IMG/VR virus record: IMGVR_UViG_3300020548_000009 | Coordinates: 1 to 64,000 of that record | Origin: a virus | Length of the DNA stretch: 64,000 bases | Strand: one strand, 5' to 3' | The notes under the pieces: generated by a model | Databases searched by the model: none | The model's input: the letters and a program-made list of their open reading frames with translations, nothing else | Told to the model about the DNA's origin: nothing | Translations under genes and position numbers: made by a program | In this document: positions 8,777 through 16,398 of the stretch, in pieces | Numbering within the stretch: the stretch's first letter is position 1 | Layout of the letters: the number at the start of each line of letters is the position of its first letter

Positions 8777-8995
8777 TCAGGAGTTTGCCTCCATTTCGCA
8801 GAATCGTTCCCATAGGTCTTCTTCGGTGTTGTAGCGGTCGCCCAAGTCATCGACGCCAATCGGTCTGCCCGTGGCACCGCACCATTCGTAGAAGCGGTCT
8901 ACCTTTTTCTTCCAGTTAGCGTAAGTGCTAACAAGTTGAGGGTCGCCCATCCAGACAAATCCCCGGTACGGACGGCTCACTATTTTGCTATTCAT
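8777..8995 (-). CDS. Hypothetical early protein
   Basis: ORF with AAAGGA; ends TEEDLWERF. Confidence 0.7.
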   Translation of the reverse strand: MNSKIVSRPYRGFVWMGDPQLVSTYANWKKKVDRFYEWCGATGRPIGVDDLGDRYNTEEDLWERFCEMEANS

Positions 8996-9125
8996 TGTGT
9001 TTTCCTTTCTTGTGTTGTTACTTCTATTGTATCACACTTATTGTCAGTTTGCAACTCCGGTTGGAGATTCTGCCCCTGCGCTCGGGCGAGCCGTGGGCTG
9101 GTGGTTTCCCACCAGCCCGACAGAC

Positions 9126-9572
9126 TCAGCCGAAGATTGCTCCTACTGCGTCAGCGAGTGCGCCTTGCGCCTTGCCTTCGTCAATAGTCAGTTCGTCGTT
9201 GCCTGCCATTGAGAGTGCGCTGGCGATAGAACCGTCACGGCTCACCACGACCAGCAACTCCACACGCCGACGCTCAGGGTGCTGAGACGGGGGGGTGTTG
9301 TCACCGTCTGCGACGGGCGAAGCCCAGCCAGCAGTAATAACGCCGTAGTAGTTTGCTGACTTGTCTGGGGTGACATTGTCCAGCAGGTCGTAGACATCTC
9401 CACCACACTGCTCCATGTCCTTTATCCAGATTGGGTGTCCGTCATGGAACGCCACGGGTGCTACCCGAGCCTTTGACGGGGTATTGGTTGGGTTGGTGTT
9501 GAGACAGTCCACGCCGAGCAGTGCGACGATTTCCGCCACGCTCAGGTCTGTCGTATTCGTGAGTGTATTCAT
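9126..9572 (-). CDS. Hypothetical early protein
   Basis: Start MNTL after GGAAAGG. Confidence 0.7.
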   Translation of the reverse strand: MNTLTNTTDLSVAEIVALLGVDCLNTNPTNTPSKARVAPVAFHDGHPIWIKDMEQCGGDVYDLLDNVTPDKSANYYGVITAGWASPVADGDNTPPSQHPERRRVELLVVVSRDGSIASALSMAGNDELTIDEGKAQGALADAVGAIFG

Positions 9573-9666
9573 TGTGTTGCCTTTCCTTGTTTTGTTGTGG
9601 GCGGGATTGCCCACTACTTAGATTGTACCACCGTGTTAGACATTTGTCAACTCGGCCAGCGAGAAT

Positions 9667-9892
9667 CCACTACGAAGCCACCGACAGCAAGCGTCCTTGC
9701 CCATTCCGTTGCGACTCATCGGGTAGCAAGCCCGATTGCCGCCAATAGCAGGGACTAGCAGGGACGGCTACATCGCAGGAGAGGAACTGAGTGTGTGCCG
9801 CGGCACTTCTCTCGTACATCGCTGGTGATACAACGTGTGTCTGGTAATGCTATTCGTATGTTGTCAGTAACTTCGTAGTGGTTTCCCACTAC
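9667..9892 (-). ncRNA. Candidate large structured ncRNA (~225 nt)
   Basis: Own promoter at 9897-9925; the ends pair over ~20 bp (CCACUACGAAGUUACUGACA/UGUCGGUGGCUUCGUAGUGG) with G-U pairs only on the minus strand. Confidence 0.7.
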
Positions 9893-9945
9893 TAATACTG
9901 TATCACATTCTAGTCGCTCTCGCAACCTTATTCTGAATTATTTTT

Positions 9946-10000
9946 GTGGGGTGGTGCCGACTACGACACTCTTACTCGGGTATCATTGCGAACCCCACAC
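9946..10000 (-). ncRNA. Candidate small ncRNA (~55 nt)
   Basis: Promoter TTGGAA-N17-TACAAT at 10005-10033; stems GUGGGG/CCCCAC and AUGAUAC/GUGUCGU; no ORF. Confidence 0.45.
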
Positions 10001-10088
10001 TTAGATTGTACCACATCAGGGGCATGATTCCAACCTTGTGCAAAGATTCTTTTGCTGGTGCCGGGCCCGGCAACAAACTCTGCCCCTG

Positions 10089-10153
10089 CCCCGAAAAAAT
10101 GGTGTTCCTTCATGTTCGGATTTATTCTGTTGTGCTGGCGTTTCCCTTGGGGC
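10089..10153 (+). repeat. Dispersed repeat copy 4
   Basis: AAAAAATGGTGTTCCTTCATGTTCGGATTTATT...GCGTTTCCCTTGGGGC. Confidence 0.9.
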
Positions 10154-10191
10154 CGGGTTCTGCCCCTGCGCGCGCCGGTGCGCTCGCGGCC

Positions 10192-10220
10192 CGAACATCT
10201 GTTCGCCGAACGCGTGTTCG
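10192..10220. promoter_or_regulatory. Two tandem LexA (SOS) boxes CGAAC-N4-GTTCG
   Basis: CGAACatctGTTCG and CGAACgcgtGTTCG; further copies at 1554-1567 and 3896-3909. Confidence 0.7.
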
Positions 10221-10250
10221 GGTGGGGCTTTCGCCCCACCCTTTACGCGG

Positions 10251-11294
10251 TCAGACTCCGAGGAGTTGGAGAACCTTTCGGTCACTCTGCTCGGTCTTGC
10301 CCATGAGCGCGTTCATCATGTTGCGTTCTGCTCGGTTGTCCGAGTTTCCAACGACATGGTGGTTGTAAGTGTTGAACGCTTGAAGAACTCCAAGTGCTGA
10401 ACCCTTCCACGGTGCGACGCGCACATCGTAGTTGTAAAGACTGACAATTTCTTCGCGCTTGTTCTCTGCGCGAGTCACTGCCGCTTTATTCTTATCGTCT
10501 GGCATGAGCGTCGGAATCGGCGCGAGTGCTTCAAGCACTTTCTGCCATTCTGCGTCGCTCACTTTGTGCTCGGACAGTTTCGTAATCTCTGCCATGATGT
10601 TGTCGGTCATCTTGTGAACGATGCCGAGCGCATCACGCGCTGACTGAATCCGCATTGCCGAGTTCTTGCTGTGGCGAGTCTTGAATTGACTCGTGTTCTC
10701 TTTCATCGCCATTGCGTGAGTGTTGTCGCACACTACGAAAGTGGAGACACTCTTGTAGGTGGTTGCCAACATTCCGTTGTGCGATGTCGTGGCGAGCAAG
10801 TGAGGACGGACGCTGAATCCTTCCAACACTTCTACCGACTCTGGCATTTCCAAAGATACGAACGCGACTGCGCCGTTCTTCAAGATGCCTGCCGAGCCAA
10901 AGTTGATGTCATCATCAACGATGTTCGCCAAGTTCTGAACGAGCCATTCTGGATACTGGTGCGAGCAGTAATCTTTGCCGAAGATTTCCATCAGGTCGTT
11001 AGTGTCTGAGCGCAAGATTGCCTGACGCTCTACCTCTACGAACTTGATTGGGTTTCCGTTATCGTCCACGCCTGTGGCATCGTCAAGCGTTGCTGGAACG
11101 CGAACGAACACTGGCGCGCTGACTGCCGACCACGCGAAGAGCCGACGCAAGATGTCATCGGTCGGAATTGCGCCTTCGTAGTGGTTGGGCTCGGTGCCTT
11201 GTAGGTCGGCGCGGTAGTGCCACGCGTTGCCACGCTCGGCGGTGAACCCGACGAGGATGTTGGAGTTGAGCCACTCCATGGTTTCTTTGGACAT
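10251..11294 (-). CDS. DUF932 / phage-plasmid-like protein (TIGR03299-type)
   Basis: AWH motif near the N-terminus, LLATTSHNG, VVCDNT, RHS motifs. Confidence 0.8.
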   Translation of the reverse strand: MSKETMEWLNSNILVGFTAERGNAWHYRADLQGTEPNHYEGAIPTDDILRRLFAWSAVSAPVFVRVPATLDDATGVDDNGNPIKFVEVERQAILRSDTNDLMEIFGKDYCSHQYPEWLVQNLANIVDDDINFGSAGILKNGAVAFVSLEMPESVEVLEGFSVRPHLLATTSHNGMLATTYKSVSTFVVCDNTHAMAMKENTSQFKTRHSKNSAMRIQSARDALGIVHKMTDNIMAEITKLSEHKVSDAEWQKVLEALAPIPTLMPDDKNKAAVTRAENKREEIVSLYNYDVRVAPWKGSALGVLQAFNTYNHHVVGNSDNRAERNMMNALMGKTEQSDRKVLQLLGV

Positions 11295-11461
11295 TGTGTA
11301 TTACCTTTCTGTGTTTGGTTGTTTGGGTTGGTATTGCTATTACTAAGTGTATCACATTGCTGTTGCTTTCGCAACCTTATCGGAAACTATTTTTGTAGTT
11401 CCCGCTACTGATACCACTGTATAGGCGAAACAATCAAAGCACAACCTATTTACAGAATTAT

Positions 11462-11482
11462 TTATCCACAGGCTGTGGATAA
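11462..11482. promoter_or_regulatory. Inverted pair of perfect DnaA boxes, 3 bp apart
   Basis: TTATCCACA-ggc-TGTGGATAA. Confidence 0.75.
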
Positions 11483-11537
11483 CTTTCGGCCCGGGCCCCC
11501 GTTGTTTATATACAAAGCGTTATGGGTTTTGCCCCTG

Positions 11538-11599
11538 CGCGAAAATATGGTGTTCCATGAATATTGGTTTTATTTGGGCAGCGGCCGTTCCCTTGGGGC
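11538..11599 (+). repeat. Dispersed repeat copy 5
   Basis: AAAATATGGTGTTCCATGAATATTGGTTTTATT...GCCGTTCCCTTGGGGC. Confidence 0.9.
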
Positions 11600-11605
11600 C
11601 AGGGG

Positions 11606-11692
11606 GCCCGCCCAGGACAGAAAGGGAATAAGAACCTGGGCGGGCGCCACACCCGACGACTGGGACACAAGGAAGGAAAGACCCAGCCGCGT
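11606..11692 (-). ncRNA. Candidate two-hairpin anti-RBS sRNA
   Basis: Promoter TTGACA-N16-TGtCATACT (11698-11725); two stems with C/U-rich loops complementary to phage RBSs. Confidence 0.6.
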
Positions 11693-11732
11693 TGTCAAGT
11701 ATGACAGTTATTTTATTTATGTCAAGCAGCCG

Positions 11733-12257
11733 CTACTCGCCACCCTCAAAGTTGAGGATTGCTTTGATGAGTTTCTCTGCTTCTTCTGGTGTGAACTCAT
11801 CTGGCTGTTTGATGGCCGCGCGAGTCTGTTCGTGCTGAATGAAACTATCCACGTCCCACAGAATGTCTGCGGTACGGCGGAAGAGTTCTACGTCAACGCG
11901 ACCCAACTTCTGGACGTACGAGACGTGCTCAGCCGGAGTTCCACTGATTCCTATTTCGTGGACTTTAATCCAGCCCGTAGGAGTGAGGTATTCCAGCCGC
12001 GCGTATGACTGGTCGTCGTACGCGTTGCGGGCGATGTAGACACGCCGCGCGTTCGTATTCGTCTTGCGCATCACTTCTGTGAAGTGCCACGTTTGATGGT
12101 GGTTCCACAGACTGATGAGTCTGTTGTCTTCTACGTACGTGACGCCACTATCTGTCGCATCGGACAGATAGACAACGTCTTCGTACTTGGTTCCGCGTTT
12201 TTCGGTGTATCCGTTTGTTTCGGTGTAGTTGTTCATGACCATACCTTCTTTACGCAC
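11733..12257 (-). CDS. Hypothetical protein
   Basis: ORF in operon; true start probably near 12242. Confidence 0.7.
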   Translation of the reverse strand: MRKEGMVMNNYTETNGYTEKRGTKYEDVVYLSDATDSGVTYVEDNRLISLWNHHQTWHFTEVMRKTNTNARRVYIARNAYDDQSYARLEYLTPTGWIKVHEIGISGTPAEHVSYVQKLGRVDVELFRRTADILWDVDSFIQHEQTRAAIKQPDEFTPEEAEKLIKAILNFEGGE

Positions 12258-12703
12258 GTAAGGACATTGAGTGTGACTCCGTCAAACAGCCAGCGCCACT
12301 CAGCACCGTCTTCGCCGCGCCAGTCAACAACACTGTCTTTCTCAACGTATTTTGCGATTGCTGAGAAGAAGTGGTCTTCTGAACCCGTCTTGTTGTCGTA
12401 GTAAATAGCGAACAGGTCACCATCGTCGTTGTACTCGGCTTCAAATCCAAGAGCGTCAATGATTTCCTGAAAGGTCTTGTATTTATTTGGGTAATCCGCT
12501 GGCATCCACGCGAACCACTTGGCAGGATGATGGTCCATGCCTTCTGGTCGTGGGCTGCGAGCATCAACTCCGTCGCCGCCGTACGAGCCGCCAGACTTCA
12601 AGTCGTCGCGGTCGTTGAGAGCGCACATTGCCTCGTAACACTTGACAAAGTGCTCTTTCTTGATTGTTATGTCATTGTTGGTTGTTTGAACAAAGTATCC
12701 CAT
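12233..12703 (-). CDS. Hypothetical phage protein
   Basis: 156-aa ORF with promoter and leader hairpin. Confidence 0.75.
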   Translation of the reverse strand: MGYFVQTTNNDITIKKEHFVKCYEAMCALNDRDDLKSGGSYGGDGVDARSPRPEGMDHHPAKWFAWMPADYPNKYKTFQEIIDALGFEAEYNDDGDLFAIYYDNKTGSEDHFFSAIAKYVEKDSVVDWRGEDGAEWRWLFDGVTLNVLTCVKKVWS

Positions 12704-12927
12704 TGTTTTCTCTTTCTATTGAGTTGGTGAGGCGGTTGCCTCATTACTTACATTGTATCACGTTGTTGGTTGGTTTGCAACTTCTGCTTCAAGGTGTAGG
12801 CGAATATCCAGCAGCAGGTCTGTCATCTCCGAGGAGGAGACAAGGTCTCTGCCGGAGATTTCCGACAGAGCCTCATCCACGAGTTTTCTTGCTGCTTCGT
12901 ATTTGTCGCCAGTCATAGGCTCAGACA

Positions 12928-13146
12928 TTAGTGCTTCCCGATGTCTAGAAAACCTGTTTCGTTGCCTTCTGGGTCAGACATTACGAGAGCGTCGGTCCCA
13001 TCAGTGAACTCCAAAATGCATGTTGGTGTTTTTGAATAAAGCCAACCTGTTTCTTTGTTCTCTTCGTCCGTCAGTTCACGAACGTTCTTGATGGTCTTGC
13101 CGACAAGCGACTCAGCGTAATGAGTTTTGTTTATTACTGTGCTCAT
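12928..13146 (-). CDS. Hypothetical protein
   Basis: ORF coupled to the XRE gene. Confidence 0.7.
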   Translation of the reverse strand: MSTVINKTHYAESLVGKTIKNVRELTDEENKETGWLYSKTPTCILEFTDGTDALVMSDPEGNETGFLDIGKH

Positions 13147-13409
13147 ACCTTGATGCCTGTCACGAGTTCTTCTGGACGCGTATCAAGCGCGTAGCAGATA
13201 CGGAAAAACGTATCCAGCGACGGAGAGAAGTGTCCATTCTCGATTCTGTTGATGGTCTTGCGGTCAATGCCTGCGCTCTTAGCCAAATCGCCCTGAGAGA
13301 GACCGATGGTCTCGCGCAGGCTCTTTACTCGGCTTGCAACTTCAAGCAGTGCCTTTTTGTTCATTGCGTTGTTCATTGTTTGTCTTTCTTTCTGTGGGTG
13401 TTGTGCCAC
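13143..13409 (-). CDS. XRE-family HTH transcriptional regulator
   Basis: LRETIGLSQGDLAKSAGIDRKTINRIENGHFSPSLDT. Confidence 0.9.
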   Translation of the reverse strand: MAQHPQKERQTMNNAMNKKALLEVASRVKSLRETIGLSQGDLAKSAGIDRKTINRIENGHFSPSLDTFFRICYALDTRPEELVTGIKV

Positions 13410-13510
13410 ACTTACATTGTACCATGACCGAGTCAGGCTTGCAACCTTCCCGAAAAAATATGTTCGCGGATATTGTTGCCGTCTGACCCGGCCAAGGATT
13501 TTGCCTCTGG

Positions 13511-13570
13511 CCCGGAAATATGGTGTTCCAGAGAAATCGGATTTATTTTCGTAGCGCCGTTCCCTTGGGC
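13511..13570 (+). repeat. Dispersed repeat copy 6
   Basis: AAATATGGTGTTCCAGAGAAATCGGATTTATT...GCCGTTCCCTTGGGC. Confidence 0.9.
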
Positions 13571-13598
13571 TGGTTGTACAGCCGCAAGGGACAGGTGC

Positions 13599-13769
13599 CT
13601 AGCCGCGCTTCTTGAGGTAAGCCTCAATAGCGGACTTGATGACTGCGGACTTGCTGACCTTGTCCTCTTTGGAAACGGTCGCGATTTTGCGAGCCATGTC
13701 CTCGGAAAGACGGAAGGCGATAAGTGGGTACTTAGCCTTTGGGGTAGTTGCTGTCTTGGTCTTGCTCAT
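13599..13769 (-). CDS. Ribbon-helix-helix (CopG/Arc-like) DNA-binding protein
   Basis: IAFRLSEDMARKI...VSKSAVIKSAIEAYL. Confidence 0.8.
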   Translation of the reverse strand: MSKTKTATTPKAKYPLIAFRLSEDMARKIATVSKEDKVSKSAVIKSAIEAYLKKRG

Positions 13770-13972
13770 TGCTTTCTTCTTTCTATGTGTGTTGGTATTA
13801 CATCTCAATTATACATTGTGTCTAACGCATCTACAACCTCTGTGCGCGAGTTCACTCGCGCTTTGGGGTTAAGTGACGGTTATATGACGGTTAAGGGACG
13901 GTTAGATAGAAATGGTACAGGCTCAAACCCTTACTGGGTAAGGGTTTCCGGGCTTTTGTACCATATTTGCGG

Positions 13973-14103
13973 GTGACAATCTGTCACCTTGGGGGTGACA
14001 ACCTGTCACCCCGGGGGTGACAACCTGTCACCCCCTAGTGACAATCTGTCACTACTTGTGGCGGCCGTCACATACTACATGTAGTGGGGTGACAACCTGT
14101 CAC
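13973..14103. repeat. Five palindromic iteron-like units GTGACA-AYC-TGTCAC (candidate origin)
   Basis: Starts at 13973, 13995, 14017, 14038, 14089 (22/22/21/51 bp spacing). Confidence 0.85.
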
Positions 14104-14119
14104 CCCCTACATCTAGAGA
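14072..14119. promoter_or_regulatory. Tandem NrdR-box-like sites 32 bp apart
   Basis: ATACTACATGTAGTGG and CCCCTACATCTAGAGA versus consensus acaCwAtATaTwGtgt. Confidence 0.6.
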
Positions 14120-14121
14120 GG

Positions 14122-14802
14122 CTAGACGCCAAGAAGTTCGGCTACTGCCTCGCTTCTCTTCTCTCTGTAGACATCCGAATACTCGGTTCGCCAGTCGCTC
14201 TGCTGGTCCAAGGCTTCGTCTATGTCATCTTTGTCAAAGAGTTTCGCAAGTTTCTTTGGCATCTGTGGCTCTTCGCCCTCTTCGTATGTCATCTCGCCGT
14301 TACGGAATACGGAACAGCCGACAAAGGCGTCTCCTTCTTCCGTGTAAACAAGTGAGAACACGAGCGTTGGGAACTGCTTGGAAATCTGTCTGATGAGACC
14401 TTCGGCAGGCGACCACGCACTCTCAAAGTATGCGCCGATGTATTTGGCATCATCGTTTACTTTGTCGTTCTTGGTGACAAACGAGGTCCAGTCAAATTGG
14501 CAAGCACCCCACTTGGTTCCCCAATTGGCGTTACACCACGAGTACCAGTCTCTGTGACCGTACTTCTTGATGTTCTCTTGCTGTTTGTCTTCCAGTTGCT
14601 TCTGCTCTTGCTCGTCACTGAACCAGCCAGATGTCGTGTTGGTGAGTTCTTCTGGGCAAGGGAAGAGGTGGTTGAGACCGGTAGTTTCTTTGGTCTCGCC
14701 AGTCTCTTCGTCTTTGTGGGTTGTCTTGGTGGCGTCAACGAGCCTTCGCAGTTCGCTGACCTCACCGTGTACTTCTAATTCGTTATAGCACCAGTTTGGC
14801 AT
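14122..14802 (-). CDS. DUF1281/YubB ferredoxin-like domain protein
   Basis: MPNWCYN, DWYSWCNANWGTKW, FESAWSP motifs. Confidence 0.8.
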   Translation of the reverse strand: MPNWCYNELEVHGEVSELRRLVDATKTTHKDEETGETKETTGLNHLFPCPEELTNTTSGWFSDEQEQKQLEDKQQENIKKYGHRDWYSWCNANWGTKWGACQFDWTSFVTKNDKVNDDAKYIGAYFESAWSPAEGLIRQISKQFPTLVFSLVYTEEGDAFVGCSVFRNGEMTYEEGEEPQMPKKLAKLFDKDDIDEALDQQSDWRTEYSDVYREKRSEAVAELLGV

Positions 14803-14859
14803 TTCTTATTCCCTTTCATTGAGTTGGTTATTGCTTACACTTACATTGTAGCACAATAA

Positions 14860-15958
14860 TCAGCCATCTCCAACCTCTCCACGACAGTATTCCCGAGGAG
14901 AAGGCATTTCTTCGACAGTTCCGTTCATTTGTGCGTTTGTATATTGCTCTGAGTAGGCACCGCGGTCTGCGTCGGACATCACATTGTCCCACGCATTCCA
15001 GTCGGCGTCATCCCAGTTTTGTGTCTCGATGCGTACCGGCGGGGCAAGAAACCACGTCCCACTTTCAGCATCACAGTAGACAATGCTCATTGTTTGTTCC
15101 TTTCGTTTATTTTGATGTCAATCGCTATTACTGCCGCCACTAAAGCAAACAACATGGCCACCACGATGATGTCAATCATTCGTGACCCCACGATGCTTCG
15201 CCGTGTTTTGTTTTGTTGTAGCACTCAGTGTGGTAGTTGCCGTAGTTGTAGATGTTTCCTTTTACGGACTCAACACGAACTTCGGTGTCTAGGTAAATCT
15301 GTTTTCCACACTCGTCGCACTCAAAGCCTGAGCACTCAGCGCAACCCCAGCCGTCATCGACTGGAATACGGTTCACGAACAGGCCGTTGCCGCTACCAAA
15401 CGCCGTTGAGCGTTGGCAGTAGACACATGGGTCAATAGTCGTTATCACAGCATCCCCAATTCCTTGAGGTCGTTGTTTACTTGCTCTTGAACCCAGACGC
15501 GGTTGGCTTCAGACGCCGCGTAATAGGCGACTGCCTGCTTGGTTTGGGTCTGCTTGAGTTGCTCGCCGTAGCCAGCCTTCTCAAGCAGTCCCCAAACTTC
15601 GTCTAAGCACTCGCCGTCATTCGCCTCGTCTCCGTGGCGCGTAAGGGCTGTGATGATGTCGTTGATAAGGGTTGGGTAATCGGTTGTGTTGGTCATACTT
15701 AGAGTGTATCACACCATTTGCCGTTTGACAACCTTATTCGGCATCAAGTGGCTGAATATTCCACTTGGTACACCAGTGGTCGTAGCAACCATCGCACAGA
15801 TAAGTGTTGTCCTGGTAAATACGCTTAGTGTTGTTCTCGCCGGAGCCAACCGGTGCCAAGTTCCAGTCGTCAATCATGACAACATCGCACTCGGAACAGA
15901 TTCGCTGTTTTGTTTTTGTCATCTCAATCACCACGAACTCTGGTAGGTAAACTCCCAC
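14860..15958 (-). CDS. Run of small hypothetical genes (14860-15090, 15176-15448, 15445-15696, 15734-15958), two with CxxC Zn-ribbon motifs
   Basis: Coupled ORFs following promoters. Confidence 0.6.
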
Positions 15959-16398
15959 TCATCAGGCATCTTGAGGATGTCTGTAAGCATGGAGATACTT
16001 CTCTTTAGTTCCTCAAAGTAATACTCGTCGTAGTCCTGAGAGCCGAAGAAACAGCCAGCAGAAGTTGGCAAGAGTTCATCCGCCTTCTTCGGGTTCTTCT
16101 TGACTTCTTTGCACAAGCCGAGAAGTTCCTGAAGTTTTTCACGGGAGACATAAGTCGTGCGACAGTCGTCCTCTCCGTTTTGGCAGTTTTCTACAAACCA
16201 TTGGTGGATTTGATTTGCCTTACGCCAGTAGCCGACTGAGATTTCCAGATAGGCAGATGGCATAAAGGTATGTTTCATGTAACTGTCAGGAATATTGGCA
16301 AACTCCTTGAGTTCGTCAAACGCCTTCTTGCTTTCTTCACCACGCCAGTTCGCACTTGAGTAGAACTTCTTGGCATTGAGGTACATATCCAGTCCCAT
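15928..16398 (-). CDS. Conserved phage hypothetical protein (MGLDMYL...YWRKANQIH...FFG...YQSSW family)
   Basis: Motif pattern recalled from many phage proteins. Confidence 0.75.
   Translation of the reverse strand: MGLDMYLNAKKFYSSANWRGEESKKAFDELKEFANIPDSYMKHTFMPSAYLEISVGYWRKANQIHQWFVENCQNGEDDCRTTYVSREKLQELLGLCKEVKKNPKKADELLPTSAGCFFGSQDYDEYYFEELKRSISMLTDILKMPDEWEFTYQSSW

Noticed and set aside
11700-11728. dif-like XerD arm TTATGTCAAG
   Set aside because: No XerC arm; explained as the TTGACA -35 of a minus-strand promoter
13973-14103. Palindromic repeats as a mini-CRISPR
   Set aside because: Spacers are only 6-7 bp in three of four gaps; helical phasing fits protein-binding iterons
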